In this document: one piece after another, positions 1 to 9,170 of the stretch
How the letters are laid out: each line of letters opens with the position of its first letter
Position numbering within the stretch: position 1 is the first letter of the stretch
Sequence record: SRR31156797_21439
Length of the DNA: 34,082 nucleotides
Direction: 5' to 3' (one strand)
Position numbers and translations under genes: made by a program
The notes under the pieces: model-generated
Database searches by the model: none
The model's input: the letters and a program-made list of their open reading frames with translations, nothing else
What the model was told of the DNA's origin: nothing

Positions 1-36
1 GGAGGCCAACGCTCTATCCAGCTGAGCTACGGGCGC
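1..36 (-). tRNA. tRNA-Arg (CCG), 5' half only; truncated by the window edge
   Basis: Reverse complement reads GCGCCCGTAGCTCAGCTGGATAGAGCGTTGGCCTCC, matching the acceptor stem, D arm and start of the anticodon loop of gammaproteobacterial argX-type tRNA. The last anticodon base is outside the window. Confidence 0.9.
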
Positions 37-43
37 ATGCCCT

Positions 44-106
44 ATCGGCGGAGTGGAATAATACGTAGTTCACACTATGTCGTCTAGTATTTTTTCAACT
101 TTTTTT
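44..106 (-). promoter_or_regulatory. sigma70 stable-RNA promoter of the tRNA-Arg gene
   Basis: On the minus strand: -35 TAGACG (86-81), 17-nt spacer, -10 TATTAT (63-58), GC-rich discriminator TCCACTCCGCCG, and A-tracts upstream of -35 (UP-element-like). Confidence 0.7.
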
Positions 107-331
107 GCCGTTTGATGGCTTTTTCGTCACATAGTTGCTGCCATACCCACATTAAGGATGTGACTAAGCCCCTGAAGATCGCAACTTGTTGTTTATTGCA
201 ACAACTTATCGGGATATAATCACTCACCGTTTACATTGATTTAACAGCCTTGTTGCTTTAAGTCACCATACTCAAATAAAAATATAGGTAAGCAGCACTT
301 ACCTTCGGAATGTAAAGTGAGTTTATAGGAT

Positions 332-733
332 ATGTCTCGATCACTCTTAAGCGTATTGTTCGCTGCTCTAACTTTTTCTACTGCAGCCCTAGCAACTAGC
401 CAAGCAGATTATGATGCTATTGCTGAACGAATCAAACCTGTCGGCGATGTGTATCTAGCTGGTAGTGAGCCAGTTAAAGCGGAACCAACTGGTCCTCGTG
501 ATGGCGCAACGGTATATGGTACTTTCTGTATCGCTTGTCATGCATCGGGTGTTAGTGGCGCGCCAATTAAAGGCAATGCTGAACAATGGGCTCCTCGAAT
601 TGCTCAAGGCGAGGATGTGTTGAAGAAGCACGCTCTTGAAGGTCTAAACCTAATGCCAGCGAAAGGCACCTGTATGGATTGTTCTGACGACGAAATCGTT
701 GCTGCAATCGAACACATGATTGCCGGTTTATAA
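332..733 (+). CDS. Cytochrome c5 family periplasmic mono-heme cytochrome
   Basis: Signal peptide, CxxCH motif (CIACH), WAPRIAQG and MPAKGTCMDCSDDEI motifs typical of c5; AGGA SD upstream. Confidence 0.93.
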   Translation: MSRSLLSVLFAALTFSTAALATSQADYDAIAERIKPVGDVYLAGSEPVKAEPTGPRDGATVYGTFCIACHASGVSGAPIKGNAEQWAPRIAQGEDVLKKHALEGLNLMPAKGTCMDCSDDEIVAAIEHMIAGL

Positions 734-758
734 CCTCAACAAGTTATCAGTACTAATT

Positions 759-796
759 AAAAAAGGCTTGGTCCCTATCTCGTGACCAAGCCTTTT
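759..796. terminator. Bidirectional intrinsic terminator between convergent cytochrome c5 and ABC genes
   Basis: AAAAGGCTTGGTC (761-773) / GACCAAGCCTTTT (784-796) perfect inverted repeat with A/T tails on both sides. Confidence 0.85.
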
Positions 797-805
797 AGTC
801 TTCAA

Positions 806-2452
806 TTAGCTAACTAGCTGCCCGTTTATCAACTGCCAATGTTGGCAAGAACTTCCTACCCCCTCAGGCTGATGAGCTACTTCCACCACCAACTTATCTT
901 TCCAGTAACTTTGCAAATTACTTCGGATTGTTATCTCCGTTTCCTTGTCTAATGCGCTGAAAGCTTCATCTAAAAAGTAAATTGCCGTGTCTCGCAGCCA
1001 TGCTCGAGCAAGTGCGATTCGCTGAGCCTCTCCGCCACTCACTCTTGATCCATTTAGTCCCAGCTCTGTATCAAATCCATCTTTTAAAGCGGTAAAAAAT
1101 ACATCAAGGCAGACCAACTTAAGTGCCCGCTGTAGAAGTTCATCACTGTAGTTTTGTCCCAAGCACAAATTGTAGCGCAAGCTGGCAGGGAAAATAACGG
1201 TTTGCTGCGGTACATAACAACTGCATTCCCATACGCTAGAACGGTTAGCTTTGTTGATCTCTTCGCTATTGAAACGCAGAGCTCCTTCAGAGACATAGAT
1301 TGCGGCCAGATAACGTAGAAGAGACGTTTTACCACTGCCACTTTCCCCTTGAATGATGACATGCTGATTAGGCGAGAAATGAAGTGTCAAATCCTTAAAC
1401 AACCAGGGCGAATCTTCTGTATAGCGGTGACTCAATTTATCTACCGTTAATAACTGACTCTTAGCTTTTGCTCGATTATCGCTGGCCTTGCTCGTCGACT
1501 CAGATTGGTTTTTTAAATCCAGCATCGATAGAACCCGCTTACAGGCAGGAAAGGTTTGAGGTAAATCTTCAAATGTTCGGGTCAGAGCGAGAACAGGACC
1601 AAAAGCCCCAGCATAGAGACATAACAAAGGCAGCGAAACATCGCCGTCAAGCAGCCACACCTGCAGTACTAACCCTAAGAAGCCCAGACCAATGACAACA
1701 TCCGTTAGTGCATCTTTAAGGCCATTACGTTTGGCCAACTGATGATAGTAGGCCTGCAACTGCTTACCTTGCTCGGCGACTTTGTGTTGGAAAAACGGCA
1801 TTGCTTGCCAGTTTTGAATCTCGCCAGTTCCGCCAACAATGTCCGTCAGAGTTGCATTGAGACTTCCAAAGTCACGTCGTAAGTTTGTGCCCATTACCTT
1901 GCTTCTAAAAAGGTGCCAACCAGGAATAACGAGACCAACCACCAGCAACAGCCCAAACAGAACCAGCGCAGCTTCTCCTGCTATTTGGTAACCATAGAAA
2001 GTGACACACAGTGAAACAATCATCGCAGACATTACCGGAACAATCGTGTGTGCGTAGAACACTTCAATGCGCTCAATATCTGAAACGACTTTCGCGGTTA
2101 AGTCACCAGTAGAAAGCGCTTGGATGTTGTCAGGCGCTTGAGATTCAAGCTGCCAGTACATATGGTTACGCAACGTTTCTTGAATACGAAAAGCTGCGTT
2201 ATGCCCTGATAGCTGTTCGATGTAACGACAAAACGCTTTTCCTATACCAATCCACAAAAGAGGCCATATCAGTTGCGGCCAAAAGTGTTCCGATAGCGGT
2301 TCAAACGAAGGGGCATTAAACAGTTTTTGAGCATAGAGCCCGGCGACAACAAGAATCGCAATAGTCCCTAATTGATTGAGAACCCGACACAGCAGAGATA
2401 AGACTAATGGTACTAAATGAGGTTGAGCAAACTTTAGTAAACGATAAATCAT
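806..2452 (-). CDS. CydC-like type IV ABC half-transporter (fused TMD+NBD)
   Basis: N-terminal TM helices with RYIEQLSGHNAAF (CydC-type RYxExLxxHxxxF) and DIERIEVFYAHT; Walker A GESGSGKTS, signature VSGGE, Walker B IYFLDE, H-loop VAH. Confidence 0.85.
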   Translation of the reverse strand: MIYRLLKFAQPHLVPLVLSLLCRVLNQLGTIAILVVAGLYAQKLFNAPSFEPLSEHFWPQLIWPLLWIGIGKAFCRYIEQLSGHNAAFRIQETLRNHMYWQLESQAPDNIQALSTGDLTAKVVSDIERIEVFYAHTIVPVMSAMIVSLCVTFYGYQIAGEAALVLFGLLLVVGLVIPGWHLFRSKVMGTNLRRDFGSLNATLTDIVGGTGEIQNWQAMPFFQHKVAEQGKQLQAYYHQLAKRNGLKDALTDVVIGLGFLGLVLQVWLLDGDVSLPLLCLYAGAFGPVLALTRTFEDLPQTFPACKRVLSMLDLKNQSESTSKASDNRAKAKSQLLTVDKLSHRYTEDSPWLFKDLTLHFSPNQHVIIQGESGSGKTSLLRYLAAIYVSEGALRFNSEEINKANRSSVWECSCYVPQQTVIFPASLRYNLCLGQNYSDELLQRALKLVCLDVFFTALKDGFDTELGLNGSRVSGGEAQRIALARAWLRDTAIYFLDEAFSALDKETEITIRSNLQSYWKDKLVVEVAHQPEGVGSSCQHWQLINGQLVS

Positions 2453-4047
2453 GCTACCACCTCTTTTAGTTGAACCTTTTCTTCCGTCTTCACTCTAGTT
2501 AAATCGATAAGACGGTCAGCTTGTGCTATCAATTGTGGCGAGTGGCTAATCACTAATACCCCTGCGTTTTGCTTAAGCTGATGCAACGCTTCAATCACTT
2601 TACGCTCCGTACGCTCATCCAGTTGACGAGTAGGTTCATCAATCAGTAATAACGGTTTATGAGATAAGAATGCGCGTGAAAGACCGATTCGCGCCGCTTG
2701 GCCTCCAGAGATATGCCCTCCGCCCTCTCCAAGTTGGTAAAGTAAGTGCTCCGAGTTTGCTCCCAACGGCTCTAATGCTGATAATTTTAATGCCGCATCA
2801 ATATCTTCAGCAGAAGCTAGCGGATCAGCAATCCTGCTGTTTGTTTCTACGCTGCCGTCAAAAATATACGGAGACTGCTGTAAGTAGCCAGTTGCCTGAC
2901 TTGCAATCACACCACTGTCCGGCGTTAACTGCCCTCGAATCAACTTAAACAGCGTCGATTTACCACAGCCACTTTGACCACAAACAACCACCAACTCCCC
3001 TTTATTGACTCTGAGGTTCAGTTGCTCAAAGAGTGGCGTTTGATTGTCGTAACCAAAGCAAAGCGATTGGATATCGAGTACCACTTCACTCGCACTATCA
3101 ATCGCTTGTATTGGATTGTTTTCTGGCATCAATAAAATGCTCTTCACATCATTTTGGACTTCTCTTCCCAGTGCGCCCGCAAAGAAAAAAGCCCCCATTA
3201 GCGATAAAGGACGAATCAACTCAACACTGGCGAGAATAATAAATGCTGCTGTACTGGCCTCAATTAACCCAGCCTGATATCGAGTAATCGCCAGAAGCGA
3301 TGCGGCAATAATGGTTCCGAGAGAGAAAAGTAAGTCAACCAGCAGAATAACCAGTTGATTGGTTTTCAGCAGCGACATGGTAGAGCGTCTCAGCTTCGCC
3401 CCATGCTGCTCAATCGTGCCACCCCACACTTGTGAATGCTGATACAACTTCAAAACAGGCAAGCCATGCAAGCTTTGAGTAAACAACTCGGTCATCAAAG
3501 CTAAGTGATGTTTGTAAGTAGCACTTACGCTAGCAAAGCGCTTAAACACCAACATTAAAATGGCAGGGATGATTGGGATCATTAATAACAAAACCAATCC
3601 AGAAAACGGGTCAATAAGTGCAATGAAGACACAAACTAATAGAGGACCAAGCAAACCAATAAAAAACTGAGGAACAAACAAGCCCCAGTACAAATCCAGC
3701 ACTTCTACGCCTTCTCCAAGTAGATAGTTCAGCTTTCCTCGTAGCTCTGGAGTCAGCTCAGAGGGACGCAACTTGGCGAGCTTTTCTAATAACTGCGCTC
3801 GAATCGTTTGTTTGACTTCAGCAGAGGTTCCGGCACCAAGCGATCGATGCCAAATAATGGTGACGAAGCGGCCTAACAGTAAGGCAACCATTACCATTAC
3901 AACCCAATGAGCCTGTTGCAAGAAATCTGCGGAAAACATCTGACTGACCAGCCAGTACTGGGCAACCAAGGTAAGTATAATGAAAATGCCACTGGTCACC
4001 GTTCCCAGCAACCAAGGTTTTGCACTTTTAGGAATCGCACCGATCAT
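2449..4047 (-). CDS. CydD-like type IV ABC half-transporter (fused TMD+NBD)
   Basis: TM domain with EGVEVLDLYWGLFVPQ and ELIRPLSLMGAFF (CydD-like); Walker A GQSGCGKST, signature ISGGQ, Walker B LLLIDEPT, H-loop ISH; 4-nt overlap with the partner gene. Confidence 0.85.
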   Translation of the reverse strand: MIGAIPKSAKPWLLGTVTSGIFIILTLVAQYWLVSQMFSADFLQQAHWVVMVMVALLLGRFVTIIWHRSLGAGTSAEVKQTIRAQLLEKLAKLRPSELTPELRGKLNYLLGEGVEVLDLYWGLFVPQFFIGLLGPLLVCVFIALIDPFSGLVLLLMIPIIPAILMLVFKRFASVSATYKHHLALMTELFTQSLHGLPVLKLYQHSQVWGGTIEQHGAKLRRSTMSLLKTNQLVILLVDLLFSLGTIIAASLLAITRYQAGLIEASTAAFIILASVELIRPLSLMGAFFFAGALGREVQNDVKSILLMPENNPIQAIDSASEVVLDIQSLCFGYDNQTPLFEQLNLRVNKGELVVVCGQSGCGKSTLFKLIRGQLTPDSGVIASQATGYLQQSPYIFDGSVETNSRIADPLASAEDIDAALKLSALEPLGANSEHLLYQLGEGGGHISGGQAARIGLSRAFLSHKPLLLIDEPTRQLDERTERKVIEALHQLKQNAGVLVISHSPQLIAQADRLIDLTRVKTEEKVQLKEVVA

Positions 4048-4433
4048 GGCTTCACCTCGCCAGCGTCGAGACGCGTCTTGTACTTAGCAATGACATAGGT
4101 TTCGATCAAAGCAATGACAATCAAAGTGATTTGAGCAGAAGGTCTTTCACCTAGCAGCCCAAAAGCAGTGGCTAAGATGGACACCCACACCACCACTAAT
4201 ACTCTAATCTTTTCTTTAACAGTTAACCCACGCTTCTCTTTTATATTACGCAGCGTGGGGCCTAGTAGGCGATTCGCCAATAGCCATTGTTGAAAGCGAG
4301 GAGAGCTCACACTAAAGCAGTAGAGTGCGAGCAAGGCAAAAGGTACGGTCGGGAGTAGTGGAATAACAACACCGACCATGCCAAGTCCTGTTGCCAACAG
4401 ACCAATACTCAAATAGGTATATCTTCTTATCAT
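4044..4433 (-). CDS. YbaN / DUF454 family inner-membrane protein
   Basis: Family motif GMVGVVIPLLPTVPFALLALYCFSVSSPRFQQWLLANRLLGP; 4-nt overlap with the downstream ABC gene. Confidence 0.9.
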   Translation of the reverse strand: MIRRYTYLSIGLLATGLGMVGVVIPLLPTVPFALLALYCFSVSSPRFQQWLLANRLLGPTLRNIKEKRGLTVKEKIRVLVVVWVSILATAFGLLGERPSAQITLIVIALIETYVIAKYKTRLDAGEVKP

Positions 4434-4520
4434 ATTAAAATCTTTTGAGGTTGCTTGGGTGTATCGAAGTACTGGCTTTAAATGGCAAACTTATCTGGTT
4501 CGCTCTATTTTCTGAAATGG

Positions 4521-4547
4521 AAAAGGGGTGAAGTTGCCTCCACACCC
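4521..4547 (-). terminator. Weak terminator or stabilising hairpin after the hutZ-like gene
   Basis: Minus strand GGGTGTGGAG-GCAA-CTTCACCCC-TTTT: 9-bp stem with one bulge and one G-U pair, GNRA loop, short U tract. Confidence 0.55.
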
Positions 4548-4553
4548 AATACA

Positions 4554-5069
4554 CTAAGCGGCTTCTTCTGTATGTCCTTCGGTTAAATGCACCGCGTGGC
4601 CTAAGTGACAATCCAGCTCAAACGCCTGACCAAAACCCTTAACGTAGTTGCCCGATTTGGGAACAAAGCGGTAAAAACTGAAATCTTTCATTCCGCACAA
4701 CTGGTCAACAATATCGCCATAAGCAGCTTTCATTTGTCGCTTAAGAGGTTCCGCTTCAGGCTGCGTTTTTTCGATATGAACAACATCACAGTCAATCACT
4801 AATCGCTCGCGAGCAAAAAGGTGGCGAGCTTTATCTTCAGGCTCAACCAACATCAACGAGGCTTGAGGATGACACTGCAGATTGCGGGCATGCTTTGACA
4901 CGGTGCTGAGCAACATAATGAAGTCATTGCCATCACGCACAAAAGGGCCGTAACTGGCCAATGGTGTACCTTTATCATCAACCGTTCCTAGTTGAGCCGT
5001 AGAAAACTGTTCGATAAACGCCTGTATACGGGCAGGGAGACGCTGTAATTGTTCTTCGCGATATGACAT
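4554..5069 (-). CDS. hutZ: HutZ/HugZ family heme-degrading protein (PNPOx-like split barrel)
   Basis: Motifs SYGPFV, KHARNL, LFARERL, DF, YVKGFGQAF and C-terminal VHLTEGH align by eye with Vibrio HutZ (SYAPFV, RHARNL, LFARKRL, FVKGFGQAY, VHLEEGH). Divergent, so probably a paralog. Confidence 0.85.
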   Translation of the reverse strand: MSYREEQLQRLPARIQAFIEQFSTAQLGTVDDKGTPLASYGPFVRDGNDFIMLLSTVSKHARNLQCHPQASLMLVEPEDKARHLFARERLVIDCDVVHIEKTQPEAEPLKRQMKAAYGDIVDQLCGMKDFSFYRFVPKSGNYVKGFGQAFELDCHLGHAVHLTEGHTEEAA

Positions 5070-5091
5070 ATCTTTCCTTCCTAAATATCAG

Positions 5092-6495
5092 CTACTCCAC
5101 TAACTGAATTTTGTTCAGCGTGGTAGCAACTTGTTGTAATACGGTTCTAATGGTTCGGTTATCTGACTGGTAATATTGACCAGGACTGGCACAAGATTTC
5201 ACCGATGGGGAGCGGTTATTAAAATCAATCGAGATAATCTCAATCCCTTTGCGCCTCATCTCACGACACAACATCACTTGTTTGCGGTCTCTCACTTGTC
5301 GATTAATCAAGTGATCGCCATCGGTAAACAGCACCATGACTTTTTTATTGGTTTCTAAGCCGTAATCTCGAGGTAACTCTTTCTTGGTTTTATCCCACTG
5401 ACCACGCCATTCAGGTGACAGTAAACGCCATGCCCACATCACGCCTTCAGCATTGTTGGTGTTCATTTCTGGATACAAACTATCAAGGCTGTCGATAAAC
5501 TCTCTGTGGTTTGATTTCCACGCTTGAATGCTGCTCACGCCGCAGTCAATCGAGTCAAACAGAGCCTGGGCATGCTTCCAGTCAGGGTTGTAATTGGGGT
5601 AATTGATTTTTGGATAGTGGGCATACAAAGGCATGCCATTTTGGTACTTCGACTCTGCCGGTTTTTTGCTGGTTTCCAAGTAAAAACGCAGATCTTGCTG
5701 TTTAGGGCCTCGCTCAAGACTACGAATCCAACCCGGATTAATCAGCCCTGCCTTAGTCATACCATCTTGAATTTCCGGCAGTTGCATACACATAGCTTCA
5801 CGCCAGCGGCCAGGTACACCTTCACTAAGCAAGTTTTTCCAACCTTCATCTTTAGCTAATGGTCGCAACCCTCTCGGAATAGCAAGCGCGCTAGATTTCA
5901 TAAAGTGTGGTTGCCAGCCGATATTAATCAGACCGGTGGCCGGAACAATACTGATGGTCTTGCTTAAGTTACGTCTCTCTTCTTCATAAAGAATGTCTGC
6001 AAAATCCCTCAGGCCTTTTATGGCCTGCGACATCGGCGCACCTTCCATTGAGCCAGACACATCAAGCATGATGACAATTTCTAACGTAGTCTGATGCAAA
6101 CGAGCCGAGGCTTGATGGCTAAGACCCACATCGCCAGCAACTAACTCTTCGTTCATAGCCAGTTGGCTGGCTTTTACTTTGCCTGATACCGTCGCCTGAG
6201 TACTTAAATCTTGGCTCTTAAGCTGGCTTCTGGCCCCTGTCAGGCCACTATTATCTTCACCAGCATTGGCCGCCATTAACTGGTTGGCATCTTGAGCAGC
6301 ACTGATACTGTCTGAAGAGGAGTACAGCACTGCATCCGCCAACATAGAAAGACGGCTATCGGAAGTACTACTGACCACAACCAAAACCACAAAACTGAAA
6401 AACGTCAGCATGCCGGAAAGAAAAATCGCGGCAGATGCTGAAATAACGCCTTTTTGTTTGTCGATTGAAGAAACTAACTTAGAAGATCTCAACAT
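5092..6495 (-). CDS. tadG: TadG-like pilus protein with vWA domain
   Basis: Pilin-like N-terminus (KQKG then hydrophobic helix); vWA MIDAS motif DVSGS, plus NTNNAEGVMWAWRLL and VLFTDG; last gene of the tad cluster. Confidence 0.8.
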   Translation of the reverse strand: MLRSSKLVSSIDKQKGVISASAAIFLSGMLTFFSFVVLVVVSSTSDSRLSMLADAVLYSSSDSISAAQDANQLMAANAGEDNSGLTGARSQLKSQDLSTQATVSGKVKASQLAMNEELVAGDVGLSHQASARLHQTTLEIVIMLDVSGSMEGAPMSQAIKGLRDFADILYEEERRNLSKTISIVPATGLINIGWQPHFMKSSALAIPRGLRPLAKDEGWKNLLSEGVPGRWREAMCMQLPEIQDGMTKAGLINPGWIRSLERGPKQQDLRFYLETSKKPAESKYQNGMPLYAHYPKINYPNYNPDWKHAQALFDSIDCGVSSIQAWKSNHREFIDSLDSLYPEMNTNNAEGVMWAWRLLSPEWRGQWDKTKKELPRDYGLETNKKVMVLFTDGDHLINRQVRDRKQVMLCREMRRKGIEIISIDFNNRSPSVKSCASPGQYYQSDNRTIRTVLQQVATTLNKIQLVE

Positions 6496-7001
6496 CAGTT
6501 GGTCTCCCTAATCATGTGTGAATGAAAGCGACCAGATGGCCAGAGTTTCCACACAGCATTACCACGGACTTTTTCATCAGGCGAGTAACAAACCGCCACT
6601 TCAACCAAACTGCCCAACTCAAAGTCAGGCCAACGATTGCTAAGTGGGCATTGAGCGCTTACCAAAACAGGAGCGGTTTCTTGGGTAGCCGCGTTGTGTA
6701 TCGCAATCGACAAATACGCGGTCCCTTGTGCGACATTTGAAAGCTCTTGCTGAGCAAACGATTCAAAGTAAGGAAGCTGCGCAATATTATTGTTGAGCGT
6801 TAGCGTGCGGCGGTTACCCACCATCTCGAGAATGTTGTAGTTAAGGTTCACCAAGCGTTGTTCTACGCGCAAAATAGTCAGCACTTCTGAAGTCGCTACA
6901 ATCACCATCAACAGCATAGGTAATATCAGTGTCACTTCTAAACTGACACTGCCGCGAGAACGACTAAAGTGAGTTGAAAAATTGGGGTATCGAGTCATCA
7001 C
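6495..7001 (-). CDS. tadF: TadF/TadE-like pseudopilin
   Basis: Class III signal RSRG^SVSLEVTLILP with Glu at +5 and a hydrophobic helix; position in the tad operon. Confidence 0.75.
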   Translation of the reverse strand: MMTRYPNFSTHFSRSRGSVSLEVTLILPMLLMVIVATSEVLTILRVEQRLVNLNYNILEMVGNRRTLTLNNNIAQLPYFESFAQQELSNVAQGTAYLSIAIHNAATQETAPVLVSAQCPLSNRWPDFELGSLVEVAVCYSPDEKVRGNAVWKLWPSGRFHSHMIRETN

Positions 7002-7012
7002 TAATCAAACAG

Positions 7013-7483
7013 TTAATCAAACAATAAATCTTGAGAGGCAATCACCGTGCTGCGAAACACCAGCGGTTCTGAATAAAACGCGGCTAACGGGCTAAACTGC
7101 AACTGAGTTTTCAAGGTCGCCGAAACCCGAAACACCGGATCTGCCGGGCGAAAAACACGATTCTCATCTTGCTCTTCTTCTTCAACATTGAGTAACTCAT
7201 TGAGCGAGTTATAACGGGTAATATCAACGTCTACAGCGTCAATAAACCCATAGCTGTTACCCTTAATCATTCCCTTCACCACCCCGATATTCAGTGGTTT
7301 TTTGCGCCAATCTTCAGCAATGAGTTCACGCAATGAGTGACGCATAGCATGTTCGAGCAAACTGTATTGCAGGTGCACTCGGGTAATATCAAAAAACACC
7401 AGTAGTACCGTCAGCACGGCTGGCAACAATAAAGCGGTTTCGATGCTGATTACGCCGCACTGAGATTGACGTTTAGTACTCAT
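7013..7483 (-). CDS. tadE: TadE-like pseudopilin
   Basis: Class III signal QCG^VISIETALLLP with Glu at +5; position in the tad operon. Confidence 0.8.
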   Translation of the reverse strand: MSTKRQSQCGVISIETALLLPAVLTVLLVFFDITRVHLQYSLLEHAMRHSLRELIAEDWRKKPLNIGVVKGMIKGNSYGFIDAVDVDITRYNSLNELLNVEEEEQDENRVFRPADPVFRVSATLKTQLQFSPLAAFYSEPLVFRSTVIASQDLLFD

Positions 7484-8265
7484 CTTTTTGCTCGAATCGC
7501 CGCTATGCGAGAGGACAAAATGGCGATATCTCGCTCAACCTCACTGGCTGGTAGGTGACGAGCAAGCAGAGCACGAGCATCATTCTCATTACCTTCAGCG
7601 AGTAGCAACAACGCAAAATTCAGTTCAACCTGAAGCGGAAGATGCTGATAAGCGAGCAATGGCGAAAACACCTCGCGGGCCTTTTCGACTTGATCCTGAT
7701 GTAAATAACTCACGGCTAGATTTGAACGGAAAAAAGGCTCATCAGGCGAAAGTAAAATTGCCCGTTCTAACTCTGTACGCGCTTGAGCTGGCTGAGTCGC
7801 GAGTAAGGCAACACCCAACCCATTATGTAACTGTGCTTGAACCTTTCTGTTTTGGATTTCGCTGTTCTCTGCTTTAGAGACACCGAGCTGATAGACCGCG
7901 ACCGCTTCTGGCACTCTGCCTTCATTAAGTAAAAAACGACCTAGATAGACACAAGACTCCGCTGAAATCGCATCATCGCTGGCACAAACGTAGCGCAGTT
8001 TTGCAATCGCAGTTTCTTTCTTATCTTGATGATACTGGCTTCGCCCAAGCATCATTTGATACTGCAAATTGTCAGGCGATGACTCAAGCAGAGCAAAATA
8101 CTGAGCTTCCGCTTTATCATATTGACCGTAGTTAAATGCGGCTTCAGCTAACGTTTTGGTATTGGATTCCGTCTGTTTTTTCACTTTGCTCGGTGTAGCA
8201 CAACCGATAAGTAGAGAAGTTAAACAAGCCAACAAGCACATACGCACAAAACGACTATTCATCAT
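7480..8265 (-). CDS. tadD: TadD TPR lipoprotein (secretin pilotin-like)
   Basis: Lipobox LLIG^C; TPR-like repeats (HNGLGVALL, RSNLAVSYL, LNFALLLLAEG). Confidence 0.8.
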   Translation of the reverse strand: MMNSRFVRMCLLACLTSLLIGCATPSKVKKQTESNTKTLAEAAFNYGQYDKAEAQYFALLESSPDNLQYQMMLGRSQYHQDKKETAIAKLRYVCASDDAISAESCVYLGRFLLNEGRVPEAVAVYQLGVSKAENSEIQNRKVQAQLHNGLGVALLATQPAQARTELERAILLSPDEPFFRSNLAVSYLHQDQVEKAREVFSPLLAYQHLPLQVELNFALLLLAEGNENDARALLARHLPASEVERDIAILSSRIAAIRAKR

Positions 8266-9170
8266 TTCAAACTCTCGAGTAATAGGTTCATGGTTGGCGC
8301 GACAATCAACACCATTAAAGGCAGCATGATGAACGCCATTTGAATTAAGGTGATACGACCCGGCAACTTACCAGCTTGCTCCTGCAGCGACATTTTCCGC
8401 TGCTGCCTCGCATCACTACTAATGGTTCGCATTGTTTCAGCCAGAGGTGAGCCATAGCGTTCCGCCATCGCCAAAGTATTTGCCAAACGTTCCAGTTCAA
8501 TAAGACCGGTGCGCCACGCCAGTTTTTTTAAGCACTGCGCGGATTCACCGCGTACTTGGATTTCGGCGTAAGTCCGTAGCATCTGTTTTGCGAGCATAGG
8601 CTCAACATCCATCAGATATAGACCCACTTTTTCCAGCGCCCGTTCAAGGGATAAACCAGCCTCAACGCTGATGACCATTAGATCTATCGCGTCAGGCACC
8701 ACTTGTTGCTGCTTCTGCTGCGCTTGAGCCGCCTGACGTCGTAGCCAATATTCCGGAGAATTCGAACCCATCACGTAACCAATCAGCACCACCATAACGG
8801 TATACGCACCGAACAACTCTCCTTCGAACGCTTGCCACACGATGCCTAGTGTCGCGGCCATTAAACCGAGAAATAGTTTGGCACCAAGCACAGTTAGTAA
8901 CATCGCAGGTCCAGCTTTTCCGGCATGTTCCAGCATCTGCTTTAAACGATCAGCTTCCTGTTCCGATACCGGATACAAAGCACCAAGAGACACAAAGAAT
9001 GATGACGATTCAGGTTGAGAAACCGCGTGTTTATCGATGCTTGAATATCGCTGACACTGCAACTGCCAGGCGGTTTTTGTTTGACGAGATAAAAACAGCC
9101 ACAGCAAAGTGCTCATAAACACCATGCCGGCAACCAGTAAAACCATCACTACAGGGTTCATATTCATCAC
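8262..9170 (-). CDS. tadC: TadC inner-membrane platform protein (T2SS-F family)
   Basis: VPDAIDLMVISVEAGLSLERAL and AERYGSPLAETMR motifs; several TM segments. Confidence 0.9.
   Translation of the reverse strand: MMNMNPVVMVLLVAGMVFMSTLLWLFLSRQTKTAWQLQCQRYSSIDKHAVSQPESSSFFVSLGALYPVSEQEADRLKQMLEHAGKAGPAMLLTVLGAKLFLGLMAATLGIVWQAFEGELFGAYTVMVVLIGYVMGSNSPEYWLRRQAAQAQQKQQQVVPDAIDLMVISVEAGLSLERALEKVGLYLMDVEPMLAKQMLRTYAEIQVRGESAQCLKKLAWRTGLIELERLANTLAMAERYGSPLAETMRTISSDARQQRKMSLQEQAGKLPGRITLIQMAFIMLPLMVLIVAPTMNLLLESLK

Noticed and set aside
1-36. tRNA-Arg as integration site of the accessory block
   Set aside because: Its 5' end faces the block, a core gene intervenes, and no integrase or duplicated tRNA end is visible.
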